This document shows positions 28,030 through 41,858 of a DNA stretch of 64,000 nt, piece after piece. The notes beneath the pieces were generated by a model. It was not told the DNA's origin. It did not search any database and saw only the letters and a list, made by a program, of their open reading frames with translations. The stretch's first letter is position 1. Every line of letters starts with the position of its first letter. The DNA lies in assembly GCA_013265495.1 (NCBI GenBank), contig MU059953.1:4860501-4924500 (forward strand), written 5' to 3'. The position numbers and the translations under genes are program-made. The DNA is from Vicugna vicugna. Taxonomy: Eukaryota.

Positions 28030-28280
28030 GTTTTTTCTTATTCCATTTAAATTAAAAGAAAATATTACTGTCTTTCTCTGACTATGAAAGGTCAGTAGGA
28101 AAAATGGAGAGAAGACAGACAAGTCCTAAGAAGACAGTGAAGATGATGTGTAAACACACCACCCAGAGATGATCACCGTTAATATTCTGGTGTTTCTTCT
28201 TGCTGGTAATGTTTCCATTTATGGACAAATCTTATATTTGTGGATGAAATGCTACTTTCAGTGCGTTTCTACACTGTGAC
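28030..28280 (-). mobile_element. Ancient L1ME 3' UTR fragment
   Basis: caccacccagagatgatcaccgttaatattctggtg resembles the reverse complement of the recalled L1ME 3' UTR. Confidence 0.45.
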
Positions 28281-28361
28281 TTTTAAATGCTGTTTCCCAC
28301 TAAAGGCCACATGGACCACAATTCACTCAGCCAGCGCCCGTGCTGGACACGCAGGTGTCTA

Positions 28362-28853
<492 letters not shown>

Positions 28854-31800
28854 TCATCCCCCTCTCCTGCCCCACAGACTCAAAGGGCAGGACTCGGAGG
28901 TCATTGAGGGGTCCAGCCCTCAGGGCCAAAGGCTGAGGGGTGGGACCAGGGCACCCACTCCTGCACCCTTCCCTCCTCGCGGGGAGGACCTCTCTCTCAG
29001 GGGACCTCGCTGCAGCCCAGTGACCTTTGCTGACATCTTTTTTGAAAGTCAACAAAGAGAAAAAGCAAGAAAAGTTCTCCAAAGAGCCCCAACATTCGTA
29101 TGCAGAGAAGCAAACCGCCTTTTTCTTCTCCCTGCCATGCAGCCACTGAGAGCCGTGAGCGGGAACCACAGAGCAGCCTGCGCCCTGAAGTGGTCCAGGC
29201 AGATGCCCAGGACAGGGAGCGCGTCTCCACGGTGAGGCAAGCACCCTCTGGAGAACGCATTTACCGACTGCGGCCAACGAAAGGCCCCGGCCTGCCCGCG
29301 CCGGCTGGCACAGCAGGCCTGTGCGTCCACAGCTCGCTAAGAGGTGGGTTTCTCGGCCGCACCAGCGGACTGCCAACAGAGCTGCAAGTGTTCTGACTGG
29401 AAGCAGAAGCGGAGTCAACCTTAACGCTTCCAAACCAACACCAAGTTGAAGTGAGAAAGTGAGTGCAGAAGGAAAGTCTTAAATTGTGGGTGTCGCAACA
29501 TAACCCGAAGTGAGCCGTCCTTTTTGACAGGTTTGCATCTGAAAAGCACGGGCGGGTGGCAGGCACCGGCTGTGAGCTGAGGTGACAAGGTGACGGCACC
29601 TCCCAGGTCAAGCCTCCTGTAGTCCTCCCCGGGGCAGGGGAGCGTCCCCGGGCTCTGCTCGCCCAGAACTGGGCGTAAATCTTAGTGCTCCCCAGGCAGC
29701 CTGCTCTGGGCTCACTCCTTCATCAGCCAACCCGCACCAGACCCGGGCGCCGGCGACGGGGGCCCAGGTGGGTCCCAGACTCAACAGACAAGGGCCGCCA
29801 AGGACCAGTTCCTCGCCTTCAGAGCCATCGCCACCTGGCACGGTCTCATCCCAGCGTCTCTGCCCAGACTCCCTGCAGGTCAGGCCCTCGTTACGCACCC
29901 GACCTTGTCCCAGGGTCACCCTGAGTGGCCAAGGCCTGGGGACCCGGCGCCCAGAAGTAACCCAGTTCCTGAGGAGGCCTGTGCTCTGCAGCTCGCAGCC
30001 TCTGGTGAAACAGTCGTAAGAGGACCCGCCCCTGGGAACAGGGCAGTCCTGTGGTCACTGCCCAAGCAGCAGGTCCACTCTGGCCATCCCTCTGCAAGGC
30101 AAGGTGGGGAGAGGCTCGGCTCTGGCAGGAGCCCTAGGTTCTAACCCCTAAGCTGATTCCTCGAGCCCTGGTGTCCTCGACTGAAACGCGGCCCGGTACC
30201 TGCAGGGCAGGGTGCACCCCGGCGGAGGGGAGGGTGCTGCTGGGGCCAGAGCAGGGCCCTGGCTCCATGACTGGAGTCACCATCTCCCCCCCTCAGGACC
30301 AAGCCCCGGCTCCCACCTGAGCCCCCAGCCCGGGCTGGGCTGGCGGAGGCCCCCAGGAAGGCCTGGACCCTGGCTGCAGGGCGTGGGGACAAACTCTCAC
30401 TTCCAGTCACTTCAAAAATGATCTAATTCTCCTCTTCGAAGCCCCAACAAGGCCGGGACAAACACCAGCTGACTGTTCTCTTCCGCTTCTTCCCCCAAAT
30501 CTCGGAAGTGCCACCCTAACTTTGTAAGTGAACTTATTTTTTTTCTAGTTGGGGGTCAGGCTTGATGCATTAAAAGGTTCTTATTTGACATTTATGCAAG
30601 AAAAATCACAAAGAAACAGTTTGTGAACAGGACCAGGGAACAGGGGTAAGCTATCCCACCCCCACCCCACACAAGACTGAAATTTATTAATTTCCTTTCT
30701 TTTCTTTTTATGAGCATTTTTAATATGAAATACAGCACAATAGAAAAGCTGTGTAAACACCACCAGTTTTATAAAACCTCAACACCTCTCCTCATTTGCT
30801 TCAGACTTTCTTTCAAGGACTCGAGCATCACGGAGGGCAGGGAGGAGAGCTCAGGAAACAGGCCTGGAGGGAAGAGAAAAGTGACTTGACGTCTGGAAGG
30901 AAACTGGCTTCCCGGTTTTCTCTCTCCAGGGGGCGTATGTCATTGCGCTCCCACCAGGGACAGCACTGAGCCTCCTGAGAAACGTCGTCACCGTGAGTGA
31001 CCAGGTCTCCCGGGCCCCTCTGTGCCCCCCGATGCCCTCAGAGAGGTCTCCTCCATTAACCGCAGACCTGCCCGGCAGGGTGACGGGTGCGTTGCTCAGC
31101 AGACGTCCGCGGGTTAGTCGGCCTTTGTTCTCTAACGATAAACCCGACTTTGTCTTTCTGGATAAACACGCAGTCACTGATGGAGTCATCCTGAGACCGT
31201 TTTACTGAGCACGTTTGGGTCTGTGCTCGGAGGTGAGACTGGTGACTTGGCCCTCACTCTGCTTGTCTGGTCAGGTAGCAATCTTTTAGCTTAATAGCCA
31301 GGGAGAATTAATCAGATAATCATACTGTCCTGCATTTCCTAAGTGGTATCTTCTCGTTTGGCCGAAGGCGGGGTGGTCAGGTGTGATCCACACCTGCGAG
31401 ACGTGCCCAGGTGATCTAAGACATCACGTAGGAATAAGGCCGTCCCTAAGACTCTGAGCACCAGACCCGCCCATTTTTCCATATCCGCCCCCCCCCCAGT
31501 TCTAATTTTTCACAGACGGGTTCGGGAGGACCATCAGAAACGTCCAGGAGTTAACCTCTTTAAAAACTGAACATAAACAACTCCTAAGGGAGCCTTTTTA
31601 CCAACTTCAAAAATACGAGGGGTCAAACGTCTCCACACATGTGTTCAGATACTGAAGAGACGTGCAGGGCCTCCCGCTCTGTGCTGGGCGCTGGGGGGAA
31701 GCTCCCCGCCCAGCCTGTAGCAGGCCCCCTGGGAACCCGGAGAGCAGAGGGCAGGGGGCTGATGGAAGCCTGGGGAAGGGAGGGTCTGCACAGAGGCTGC

Positions 31801-34800
31801 ATCTCTAAGACAGGAGGGGCAGGTGAGCCGGGATCCACGGGTCTGGGCATCGGTGGAGGGTCCTGGGTTGCTGGGGGAGAATGGTGGAGCCAGGACCACC
31901 CCTCACAGCGCAGAGCCTGCATCTGCACATCCTGGACGGTCCCTGCAGGTCTGGGGTGGGGGGGGTGGGCGAGCCCGGGCCTCAGAGGCAGAGGGGCCGG
32001 CGTCGGGGTGCTGGGAGTGAAAGAGATGGGGCGCTGGCCGCAGGCAGGGAAGCGCCGGGCAGGATGGGAGGGCGCTGCAGGCCCAGAGTGGCTCAGGGGC
32101 CAGGCAGGACGGGGCTGCCTGGAGGGGGCGGGAGGGCGGAGGCTCATTCTGTCCACACCAATGTTTCTGAGGTTCCTCGAAGTCTGGAGTCATAGGGAAC
32201 CGTGGAAGGAAACACCTCCCCCCACAGTCCGTGTTGTTAGTCATCCCACAGGTACCAGAGTGGATGGGCCCCGGGGTGGCGGGGGCCGCAGACAAGCCCC
32301 CCAACCCGGAGTGAACAGAGGAGTGAATGGAGGGGGCCCGGGTGCGGGCAGGTCCTCAGCAGAGCGCACCGCTGTTCTCAGCACGATCCTCCTCTTGACT
32401 CACTGCTGGGAGGGAGGCAAGTCCTGCCCTGGTCCACCCCACTGAGGCTTGTGTAAAACCTCACTCTTCTGTAAAAGAAAGTCAAAAGCAAAGGGGATGA
32501 AAAGCTATCCGTTACCTACGGCAGATACACCACGACCAGCTACGCCCTTTCTTCACCTCCGAAAGCGATGCTGCACTGACGGAGAGACACGGAAGCCGAC
32601 ACTGAACTTGCGGGGGTGAGGGACCAGGCGGGGGCTCCCCATGCCCAGTGGGCTCAGCGTCGGGGAGATGGGGGGGCGGCTGGGCAGTGCCCGGGCCTGG
32701 CCCACACCAGCTGCCGAGGCCGCAGCCACAGTCCCCATTCAGCCCAGGCGCTGGCGGGTGCGTCAAACATGACTTATACTATTTCTGTATCAAAAACCAT
32801 TTGAAATGCCATGAGTTCCCAACAGAGAAGCTGCTAGGGCTTCTGACCCAAAGCGCCCAGAAGAAACAATAAAACCTTCTCTACTTAGAGAATGCAGCAT
32901 CAAAACAAAAAGCCTCTGATTCTCCTGATGCTTTATGGCAGAGGAGGAAACGGCTCTATAGGCTGTGCCCCGAGAAGCGTGTTGGTACAAGCAGACTCGT
33001 GACGTCAGTAGAAGCACAAAGACTGTATTCAGAGTTCAGTAAGAAGTGGCGAGCTTGGGTTGTGACTTCGAGTTCTCAGTCAGAAATAGAAAGAAATCTG
33101 CTGGTCTATTTTTTTAAGTGAACGATCAGAGCAAAGGACGCTGTAGTTTTCCATGACATGGGTTAGGTCCTCTTTACAACACCGTTTCACGTCATCACGT
33201 AGATGTGAAGTAAAGAGAAGGGCTATTCTTTAGAAAATGTGGCCAAAGTTTAGGGTCTGTTCAAGTAAAGAAGGGCTCATTCAAATCCAAGGGAAAATAA
33301 TAGATATTTCAGCTACGTAACCACGGTTTCCTCTCACACTGACATCTGCCTGTGTGCGAGGGCGGAGGGAGGGAGACTGGGGGGGAGGGGAGGGGCAGGG
33401 GTGAGAAACCCCTCAACCTCAAAACACGGCCATCTTGATGGTGAGGTGCTGCACCCCTGGACACACACTGAGGCGAAGAGTGAGGAGCGACCACCTGCAT
33501 GTCCAGCCCCCCTCGCCAAACAGAGCATTGTGCTCCGAGCCCCCATCACGTGCCCGCGCCCCCGACAACGTCTGATCTGTTAGGCACCCTGCTTTCCTTA
33601 CGGTTACAGTGTCCACGAGTGAGGCCCTCAGCCTGTGTTCTGTAAGTGACAGCAGTGAGGACAGAGCAGTGCAACCAGAGGGTGACAAGGGTTCCCAGGA
33701 AAAGACAGTCTCAAGTCCAGGCTGCCTTCAGCTTCTGGGACAATTGACAAAGACAGCTTCTCCCTGGGTGAGGTCAAGAGTGACCCAGGGGACCCAAGGG
33801 CCACCCCCCACAGCACCTGGTAGGCGTCACGTGGACCAGAGCCAACCTGCCTTCTGCGTCCGCTCCACCTCCAGGTGTGAGCCCCACGGGGGGTCCCGCG
33901 TCCCCAGGTGAGTGAGGCCGGAGGGCGGGAGAGTCCGGGCAGGCCCGCCCTCGCCTTGCACAGCCCCGCCCCGGAAGCTGCGGAGTGAGGCGGCCCCGCA
34001 CCTCGCGCGCAGCCGCTGTCCCTGCCGCCTGCCCCTTCCAGGAGCCCCATGCACCTCTGTCCTGGAGCAGGTGCCGTTCCTCTGTCCCACTCTTTCTGCG
34101 GGAACTCGGGCTCCAAGTGTGTCTTGAACAAGAAGCCGTGAGAGGTAGGTTTTGTGAGTAAAGATGTCTTTATCTCCCCCTCACCGTGTCGTTACTCTGG
34201 CTGCGTACAGAATCCCCGAGCGCAGCGGCTCTGGCCCGCCGCCCCCTCGTGCCCAATGCTGCCCTTAACGAAGCCGAAGCCCCTCTGACTCCGCGTCCCG
34301 AGCCCGAGCCCGGCCTTTCCCTCCGTCCCAGCGCCCCGAGATCAGAGGCAGAGGGCTGGGGGCGGACCTTTCTTTCCCGCAGCGGCCTGGCCGCCCGGTC
34401 AGCGTGGCAGCTCAGGCCCTGCAGCTGCGGGGAGGCCCCTGAATTCTCTCGAGGATGCTTTCCTTTTTTCTCTTTCCCCTTCCGGAACCTCGAGTAGTTA
34501 GTTGGGTGGTAAGTCTCCTGGAACAATCCCCTGTACCCCTGATTTTCTTTTCCATTCCCTATTTTCCTTTTCTTTGTCTTCTGCTCAACCGCACGTGAGA
34601 CTGCCTTCAACGTGTGCTCTAACCTTTCCACCGGGTTTTGCATCGTTTCTGGAAGTGTGCCCTGGAGTGAGAGGGTGAACCCAGCTGGAAGCTGGGAGCA
34701 GAGAAGGAGTCTCGGCGCTGGGCTTCCGGATGGTGCGCGGAGCAGCGCCCGTCGGGGCTCGAGGCTTGGCACCGCGGGTCCCCCGCCTCGCCAGCCTCTG

Positions 34801-36853
34801 TCCCCAGCGAGTCTCCTTCCTGCGGGGCCTGCAGGGAAGAGGCGGAGCCCCGGGTGCCAGCGGGGGTCCCTGTGCTCAGCGCTCACCATGAAGGTGCTCA
34901 CCGATGCCCCAGTCCTGTTAAACTCCCTGCGTCCTCCACTGGCCGCGGTCCCCTGCCTGGGCCTCTGGATGATGTTCTCCAGAGAGGAACGCTCCAGTCG
35001 GCCCCCACTGGTTGGGGGCTCGGGTGGTCAGTCCCCTCTGAGGCCAGGAACCCCCGCTCTGGCGTTCTGAGGGCGCTCCCCCCACAGGGGGCCTGCCGAC
35101 CTGGGCCTCCCTGGTCTCTGCTCCAGCTCTAGATCCGTCACGACCAACGGCCGGGCCTCCCCTATAACCGCCAGCTTGCACCAGCACCCTGCAGTTTAGT
35201 GCTCCCCATGGAAAAATAAAAACCAACTCTATTTTTCCTCGAGAGCTCCTGGGGCTGGGCAGCCACAGGCATCAGCTCCGTGAGGCTTCGGCGCGAGGCG
35301 GAGACCACGCTGGGGCAGCGCCCGCCCTGCACCAGAACAGGCCAGCGCGCGCACTCCGGCCAGACCTGGCCTGCTGGGCAGAGATGAACAGAGAAAATTC
35401 CCGAAATAGTCCTCTGCAGGCTAAAAATAAAAAGCCGTCATTAACACCTGGTGTGTGTTCTTCTCCACTGTCTCTTCACCTCAGTCAGACTTCACCTCCA
35501 CCCAGTGCACACCGCCTCCCCAGACTACACGTTTTCAAAGAGTCGCTCTCTGGCAGAAAGTCTAGGGTCCAGCCACACACGGGGGCGTGGCCTCCCAGCC
35601 AGCGTCCCGCCTGAGGGGGCATTTCCCGCAACTGCTCGGATCCTCGCCTGCGAGGTTCCCCCCAGGCTCCTCCGAGCTGTCTCTGCAGGTACCAGAGAGA
35701 ACCCTGGCGGTGATGGGTGGGGGTGTGGGTGGTTGCTGGAAAGGTCTGCCCTGAAACGCCCTCTCCCCACCCCCACCCCGGCAAGCCACCGTGGGGGACA
35801 GCAGGGCGCGAGGTGGGGCTACTTGGGGAAACCTGCTCTGCGGCCTCCACCTCACGGCAAGGCGGTGTTTCCGAGTAAAGCTCAGGAGAGCAATTCAGGC
35901 GGGGCCCGCTGTGCTGTCAGCTCACAGGGCCCCAGTGGGGAGACCTGGTCCCTCGAACGCCCAGCGGGGTGGGCATGGGGGGGCACGGTTCTCACGTGCA
36001 GAGGGGGCGGAGGGAAGAGCGTGGGCTCTGGGGCCAGTGGGAGTTCCAATCCAGCGGGTGAGCAGCGGGCTAGTGTGCAAAGTGCTGGAACAGGACTGAT
36101 GCTGGCGTGTGATCCGGTGTCCACCGCGGGGCCGGGATGCAGCCTGGGGCCCGGAGCCACCTGTCACAGGGGCCGAGCAAATGCAGAGAGAAGAGCTCAG
36201 GGCATCAGACCCCGGGGACTGGCATCCAGGCGAGGTGGGCAGAGCTGAGCCCACCTCACCTCCCATGTTTCTGATCCCACTCCCCAAAAAGTGGGCCCAG
36301 AAAGCGCTTTTCACACGAAGAGTGATGAACACCCCAGGTGACGCTTGGTGGTCAGGGTGTGGGAGAGACTCGCAGAAGGGCGTAGCTCCCCCCTCAGCGT
36401 CCGCACCTGTGAGCCCCGACGGCCGAGGTCACGGCCCCGTGTGAGGGCAGGTGCCCACAGCGCCCAGACAGGTTCCCAGGAAGCAGGCCCCTTCCTACCC
36501 GCCAGCAGCTCCGGCCGCTCCGCAGACCTCAGGACAGCAAGCACTGTCCTGCAGCACCCAGCCCCTGGGCAAGTGCAGCCTCTGGGAGTACAGGTGTCCG
36601 CAAGCTCCCCACGACAGGGCGAGAGGGAGGAGGGGAGGGGCCCCCGGCCTGGTGGCAGGTCGGGCCAGCCAGCACAAAGCAGTGAGCCCTTTCCTCGCAG
36701 CCCGCAGGGCCCAGGGGACACGGAGGGACCACGACGTCACTACCTGAAGGGCGCGCGCTTCGCCTGCAGGTGTGGGGATGGCAGTGGTGGCCGGCGCCCT
36801 AGAGGAAAACTCTCCTCTTCATGTGAACAGGCACCTCTCTGTGTAATAATCAG

Positions 36854-36863
36854 CTATTTTTAG
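36854..36863. promoter_or_regulatory. Consensus MEF2 site
   Basis: CTATTTTTAG within gctatttttagc. Motif match only. Confidence 0.35.
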
Positions 36864-38519
36864 CAAAATCAACTGTAGACTCACACAGCAGTAAAGGATA
36901 AAAACAGCGTTGACCGTGTTTTCAGGTCTGGGAGAGTCTGTCTTGCGCTTTAAGCAGAAGTGCAGTGTCTGGTTGGAACACCCAGGGTGAGGGTCCCAGG
37001 GGCTGGGCTCCCAGAAACACAAACCCACACAGCTCCTTCTGTTCTCAGGCTCGAAACCTCCTCACCCGAAACAGATGTGGGGTCCTGGAAGAAGCCAAGT
37101 GGGCGGACAGTCCCGGGACCACCTGGGCCCTGCGTGCAGGACAGAGGCACGAATGTCGGGAGGAAAAGGAAAGGCGGTGATGCCCTCCAGCTTCAGCACG
37201 AGGACCTCGGGGCGCGGCGGCGCCCGGTCCCTGCATCCCTCCGAGTCCCGGGGCGCGAAGTCCCCTCTGGCCAAGGCCACGCGGCCCGCAGCCCCCCAGC
37301 CCCACACGGGGCTCCGCAAACTGGCCGTGCTGACAGCAGCACAGGGGAGGGGCCCTGTGTCCTGGCAGACAGGGACCCAAACGGACTGTCAGCTTCTGGG
37401 GACACGAATAGGACCCGGAAAGGCTCCAGCTTTGTAGGCATCCGGGAAACGAGAGTCCATTTATCTTAACGCAGAGGGAGAAACACACGTCGGCTCCACC
37501 TGCTCAGGGCCCGTGCTGATCCCGCAGCAGCTGCTGATCCCTCTCCTGGCCCCACCCCGCCCTTCTGTCAAAGAAATAAAGAGCTCTTTGTAGTACAGGA
37601 GAGCATCGGGAAGAGAATTAGGCCCACGGAGCAGAATCGAGGCGCTGGTCACGTTTCAGTGACGCCCTGCTCCTCCCTGTCCTTCCCCATCACCGCACCA
37701 GGCCCCAGCCTGGCTCCCGGGCCACCTACTGCGGGGTGGGCAGTCCTGCCGCCCAGCCTCCCTTCCGCCCAGCAGGGAGGTCGCGGCCTGCACGCCCGTC
37801 TCTGCTGTCGGGTTCCGGAGTCGGTGCTCCCAGCTGTGGATGTCACAGGTCAGACCTCAGAGAGGCAGCCTCACCTGGAGACACGCTGAGCATCTCCAGA
37901 GCCGGTGGGAGGGAGATGGAGGCACAGCCAAGCAGGGGAAACAAACAACAGCAACAACGAATCAGGACAACTGCAGAGTGGAGCTGCAGACACAACAGAC
38001 AGTCCAGCCACCGGCGCACCGGTGAGGCTGCCCGTGGAAGCTGCCAGGAAGCAGCCGTCCAGCTGGGGCGCGATGCGCAGCCCCTGTGCCAAGCTGGGGC
38101 CGCGTGCGCAGGGAGACTGGCCCTCGGGCGCGAACGCAGGACACGCACAGCCGTGCGGCCTGCTGAGAGCCAAGACGGTGTGGAAGCTCACCGGCCAGCC
38201 TTCAGTCAAGGGAGAGGCCCACGGGAGGCCTGAGAGGCGGGGAGGCAAGGTGAGCCCAACACGCGGGGAGGAGGCGGGACCCCGGACTCGCGGAGCTGAA
38301 CCGAGAGGCGGTGAGCGCTATGGGCTGGAGCTGGCGGGGTTGGCTGGACGCGGGCTCCACACGCCCCGGCGCACACAGTCCTGGGCCACACCCGCTGGGG
38401 ACAGAAGGGAGACAGGGCATCCACAGCGGGGGTGTCGGGTGGGCGGAGCCAGCAAGAGCAACAGGAAGAATTTTAAGGAGAAAAAGAAGTGGCTGCTGAG
38501 CTCCCAGCCATTGACAAGT

Positions 38520-41170
38520 AACTAGAATGGAGAGATGATGAAAACAGAACATGTAGTAACTTGCAAGGTCCTGCTTGTGCTATACTCAGAAGAAAACTGA
38601 TCACCTTAAGCTATCATTTGTGACAATAATGAGCTTACAGGTTTATAAGCTTGATCGATACTAGAAACTAGAAAGCACACCCTTAGAGCAAGTCCAGGAG
38701 AACAGACGGAAGGAGACAACACACACACAAACAGCGAGAAGCACTCATGAGCCACACACAGCAGCGCAGTCAGAAATCGGTTCTTTGAAAAGACCAATAT
38801 AACAGACAAATTTCTGAGAAGAATAATTTAGAAAATGAGAGAAAGGCACAAACTTAAAACATTAGGAACTGGAAAAGTCGCAGAACTTTAGCCGTGACAG
38901 AAACTGAAAATAAAACAAAATACAATGAACAGTTTTAGGCCAACCGATTCTAAAACCTCCGTAAAATGGTACATTTGTAGAACAATGTAACTTTCCCAAG
39001 TTGAGAAAAAATAGAAAACAGAGTAACCCTATAACCATAAACTAAATTGAATCGATGCTTTAAAATCTATCCACAAAGAGCGTATTAGAGACAGTATGAG
39101 CAAACTTTCAACTAACTGATCATTCAGTTTTGAACAAAACTTTAAAGAGAACAGAAAAATAAAGAACACTCCTGGCTCTTCACAGGCGTCTAGTATAAAA
39201 CCTTGTTACAAAAGCCAAAGACAGTATAAAAAAGAAAAATAAATACAGCCACAAAATTCCCAAATCAATTATTAGCAAGCCTAATCCAGTAATCTATACA
39301 AAGGCCAACAGACCAAAATAAATGGGATTTTAACGTGAGAAATGCAATGGCTGTACAGAAGAGCTACAAATATAACTTACTGTGTTAATAACCATCATCC
39401 TAATGACAGAAATAAGCTTATTATAAAATCCAGTGACTAGTCATCACGCGAGCTCTGAGCCAACTAGGGATGAAAGAGAATTTCTTTAACCTGAAAAGTG
39501 GTGTCTCTAATTAAAAAAGCACAGTGAACATTGCTTTTAATGGTGAACCATGAACAAGACAAGACTCCAGCCCACAGCACCCAGAGGAGCCAGCTGCCGG
39601 GGTCACAATACACGCAGAAAGGCAAGAAACAAAACCACCACGCTTCTCAGACTCTGTGACTGCCCGTATAGAACTCCTCCCCGCTGAAAGAAAAAGGAAT
39701 TACAGAGAAGCTAATAGATCCAATGAGGGCCTTTAACAAGGTGCTGGGTGAGGTCAACATAAAAAAACAGCATTTCCACAACAACGCGACAAATAGAGAA
39801 ACTAACGTTTAGAAGAATATAAGGTTCTAAGAATTATATCTAATAAAAGACAGGAGAGACATTTATGGATGAAAATGGAAAAGACTGCTGATATTCTAAA
39901 TGGCTGAAACAAATGGAGAGAGAGACCTTCAAGGCCAAGAAGACTTACCGTCATCATAAAGACGGCAGTTCTCTCCAGACAGATCTATGGCACGAATGCC
40001 GAGTACTTCGTGACCTGGACAAGGTGCTTCTCAAACAACACAGAGGAATAAACCCAAAGCAGTCAGGGCCATGACGCAGGTGGTAATGGGTCCCCCACAG
40101 GTAACTCTGGAGAGGACAGAGCACTCTACGTTTCTGTCTATGGAAGGACGGTGGAATTCATCCCTGTCCACACTGTAGACCAAAACTAATTCCATATGGA
40201 TTAAGATTCAAATGTGAAAGGCAAATTTTTAAAACTTTCAGAGGGCACTTTGGAAAACATCCTCATGACCTCAGAAAGAAAACTCAAGACGCAAAAAAGT
40301 GCTAACCACCAAAGACAAAACTGACCGCACCAGGACTACACTGACACCAGGAGCCGCTGCCCCCGGACACCACTGCACTGTGGAAGGCTGAGCTCTGAAG
40401 AAGATGGTCAACGGAACATAAAGACGAAGCACTTGACAAAGGACTTGGAGCTATGCTGGATCGTAAATCAGCACAAAAAAGACCAGAGGAAGTGGCAAAA
40501 CACATGAATAGGCTTTTCACAGAAGAAGGGCCCTTAATGGTTGGAAAACAAACAAACAAAAAAAACCAGGCTAAAATGCAAGACCACATTAGTAATCAAG
40601 AAAAGGCAATCAGACCACCCGGAGATGACAGCTTTCCATCCACCCCATTCTCAAGTTACTAGTGTTGGAGAGGCTCTGGGTGAAGACGGACCTTCCGGAA
40701 AATCAGCGCTTTCTCTTATAAAGTTGAACCTTGGCTCTGCGACCCAGCGATTCCACTCCTAGGTCTACCCATGCTTGAGAAACTCCTGCACCTGCGCACA
40801 CAGAGGTATGTGCAAGAACTGTCATCACAGCAGCCACAGCCACCAACAGGTCCACCGTGGGGCAGGAAGGGTGTGGCTGTATTTAGCACTGACAACGAAT
40901 GGCACCCCAGCTATACAGAATTATGTGAATGAGTCTGAGAAACAGCACTGAGTTAAAAAAAAAAAAAGGCAAGCTGCAGAAGACGCCACTGCAAGAAAGC
41001 TCCAGAAAGTAAAACTAAACAGGATGCTGTTTAAGAAGCCAGACATATACGACAAAAGTAGTTTTTAAAAGAAATTATGCCAAAGAAATAAACTCAACTG
41101 CGTTCCAAAATAAGTTAAAAAATAAAAGAAAGCAAGTCAATGACAAACACAGAACTGAGAAAAGGGCTGA
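38520..41170 (+). mobile_element. Degraded L1M (L1MC-like) ORF2 through 3' UTR
   Basis: A-rich and colinear with L1 ORF2, e.g. ggttctttgaaaagaccaat, aaatggagagagagacc, cacatgaataggcttttcacagaagaa and cccagcgattccactcctagg. No intact ORF. Confidence 0.8.
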
Positions 41171-41757
41171 TGTCAACAGTGAGTGACTGGCTGCAACCCC
41201 GGCATCCGTTGCTAGGCGGTGAGGGAGTGGCGTGGCAGGCGCCCTGGGGGAGGCGAGCTCGGTGGAAATCAGCCCAGGGAACCCACTTTTCACTACACGT
41301 GACATCAAGGACTGAAGGGCAGCCCACAAGTCTTCCTTCCTGACTTCTTAGGAACAGTGTGTCCAACGTGCACCTTCACACAGTGGTCAGCACGGGAGTG
41401 GTACCTGGACCGAGGCTGGGGTGGGGGAGCTAGAACCTCCCGGTGGAAACCAACCCTCACCCCAGGCACGTGGGAAGGACACACCAGACAAGGCAGCACT
41501 CCTTTAGTGCCTTAGTGTTGCACTGCCCCCATCACAGAACCTCCGAGTCATACTCCACACACACTTCTGTACTGAAGTATATCCTCAAAAGAGGGAAAGC
41601 GTTGGCTGTTAAGTTCTACTTATGTTGCTTGACCGGTAAGATGAAGAATTCCCAAATGCCACATGGCCGGGAACTGGAAGCATGACTGTGTGATGAAATC
41701 ATCTAGCTTCAATCACCTAAAACCACTTGCTCACCAAAAACAAAACAAAACAAAACC

Positions 41758-41858
41758 TTATTTATTTATTTATTTAGTGGTGAAGGAAAGCACAGTGTTT
41801 ACTATAAGGCACCAGCACAAGGAGAACGGGTGGCTTGCGCTCAAAGAGCCTGAACTCC
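41758..41858 (-). mobile_element. Short ERV-LTR-like fragment ending in an (AAAT)n tail; probable processed retrocopy
   Basis: On the minus strand, 83 nt of LTR-like sequence (41858-41776) contain AGTAAA (41803-41798) 22 nt before the end, followed by aaataaataaataaataa (41775-41758). Confidence 0.5.

Noticed and set aside
32516-32770. Candidate alternative coding first exon ending at TAG|GTAACG
   Set aside because: In the frame that would join the 245-nt exon there is a TGA about 13 codons upstream with no ATG after it, and no other support.
37900-38500. A further GC-converted L1 ORF2 segment
   Set aside because: Some blocks resemble L1, but the match is too weak to call by eye. It needs a profile-HMM search.
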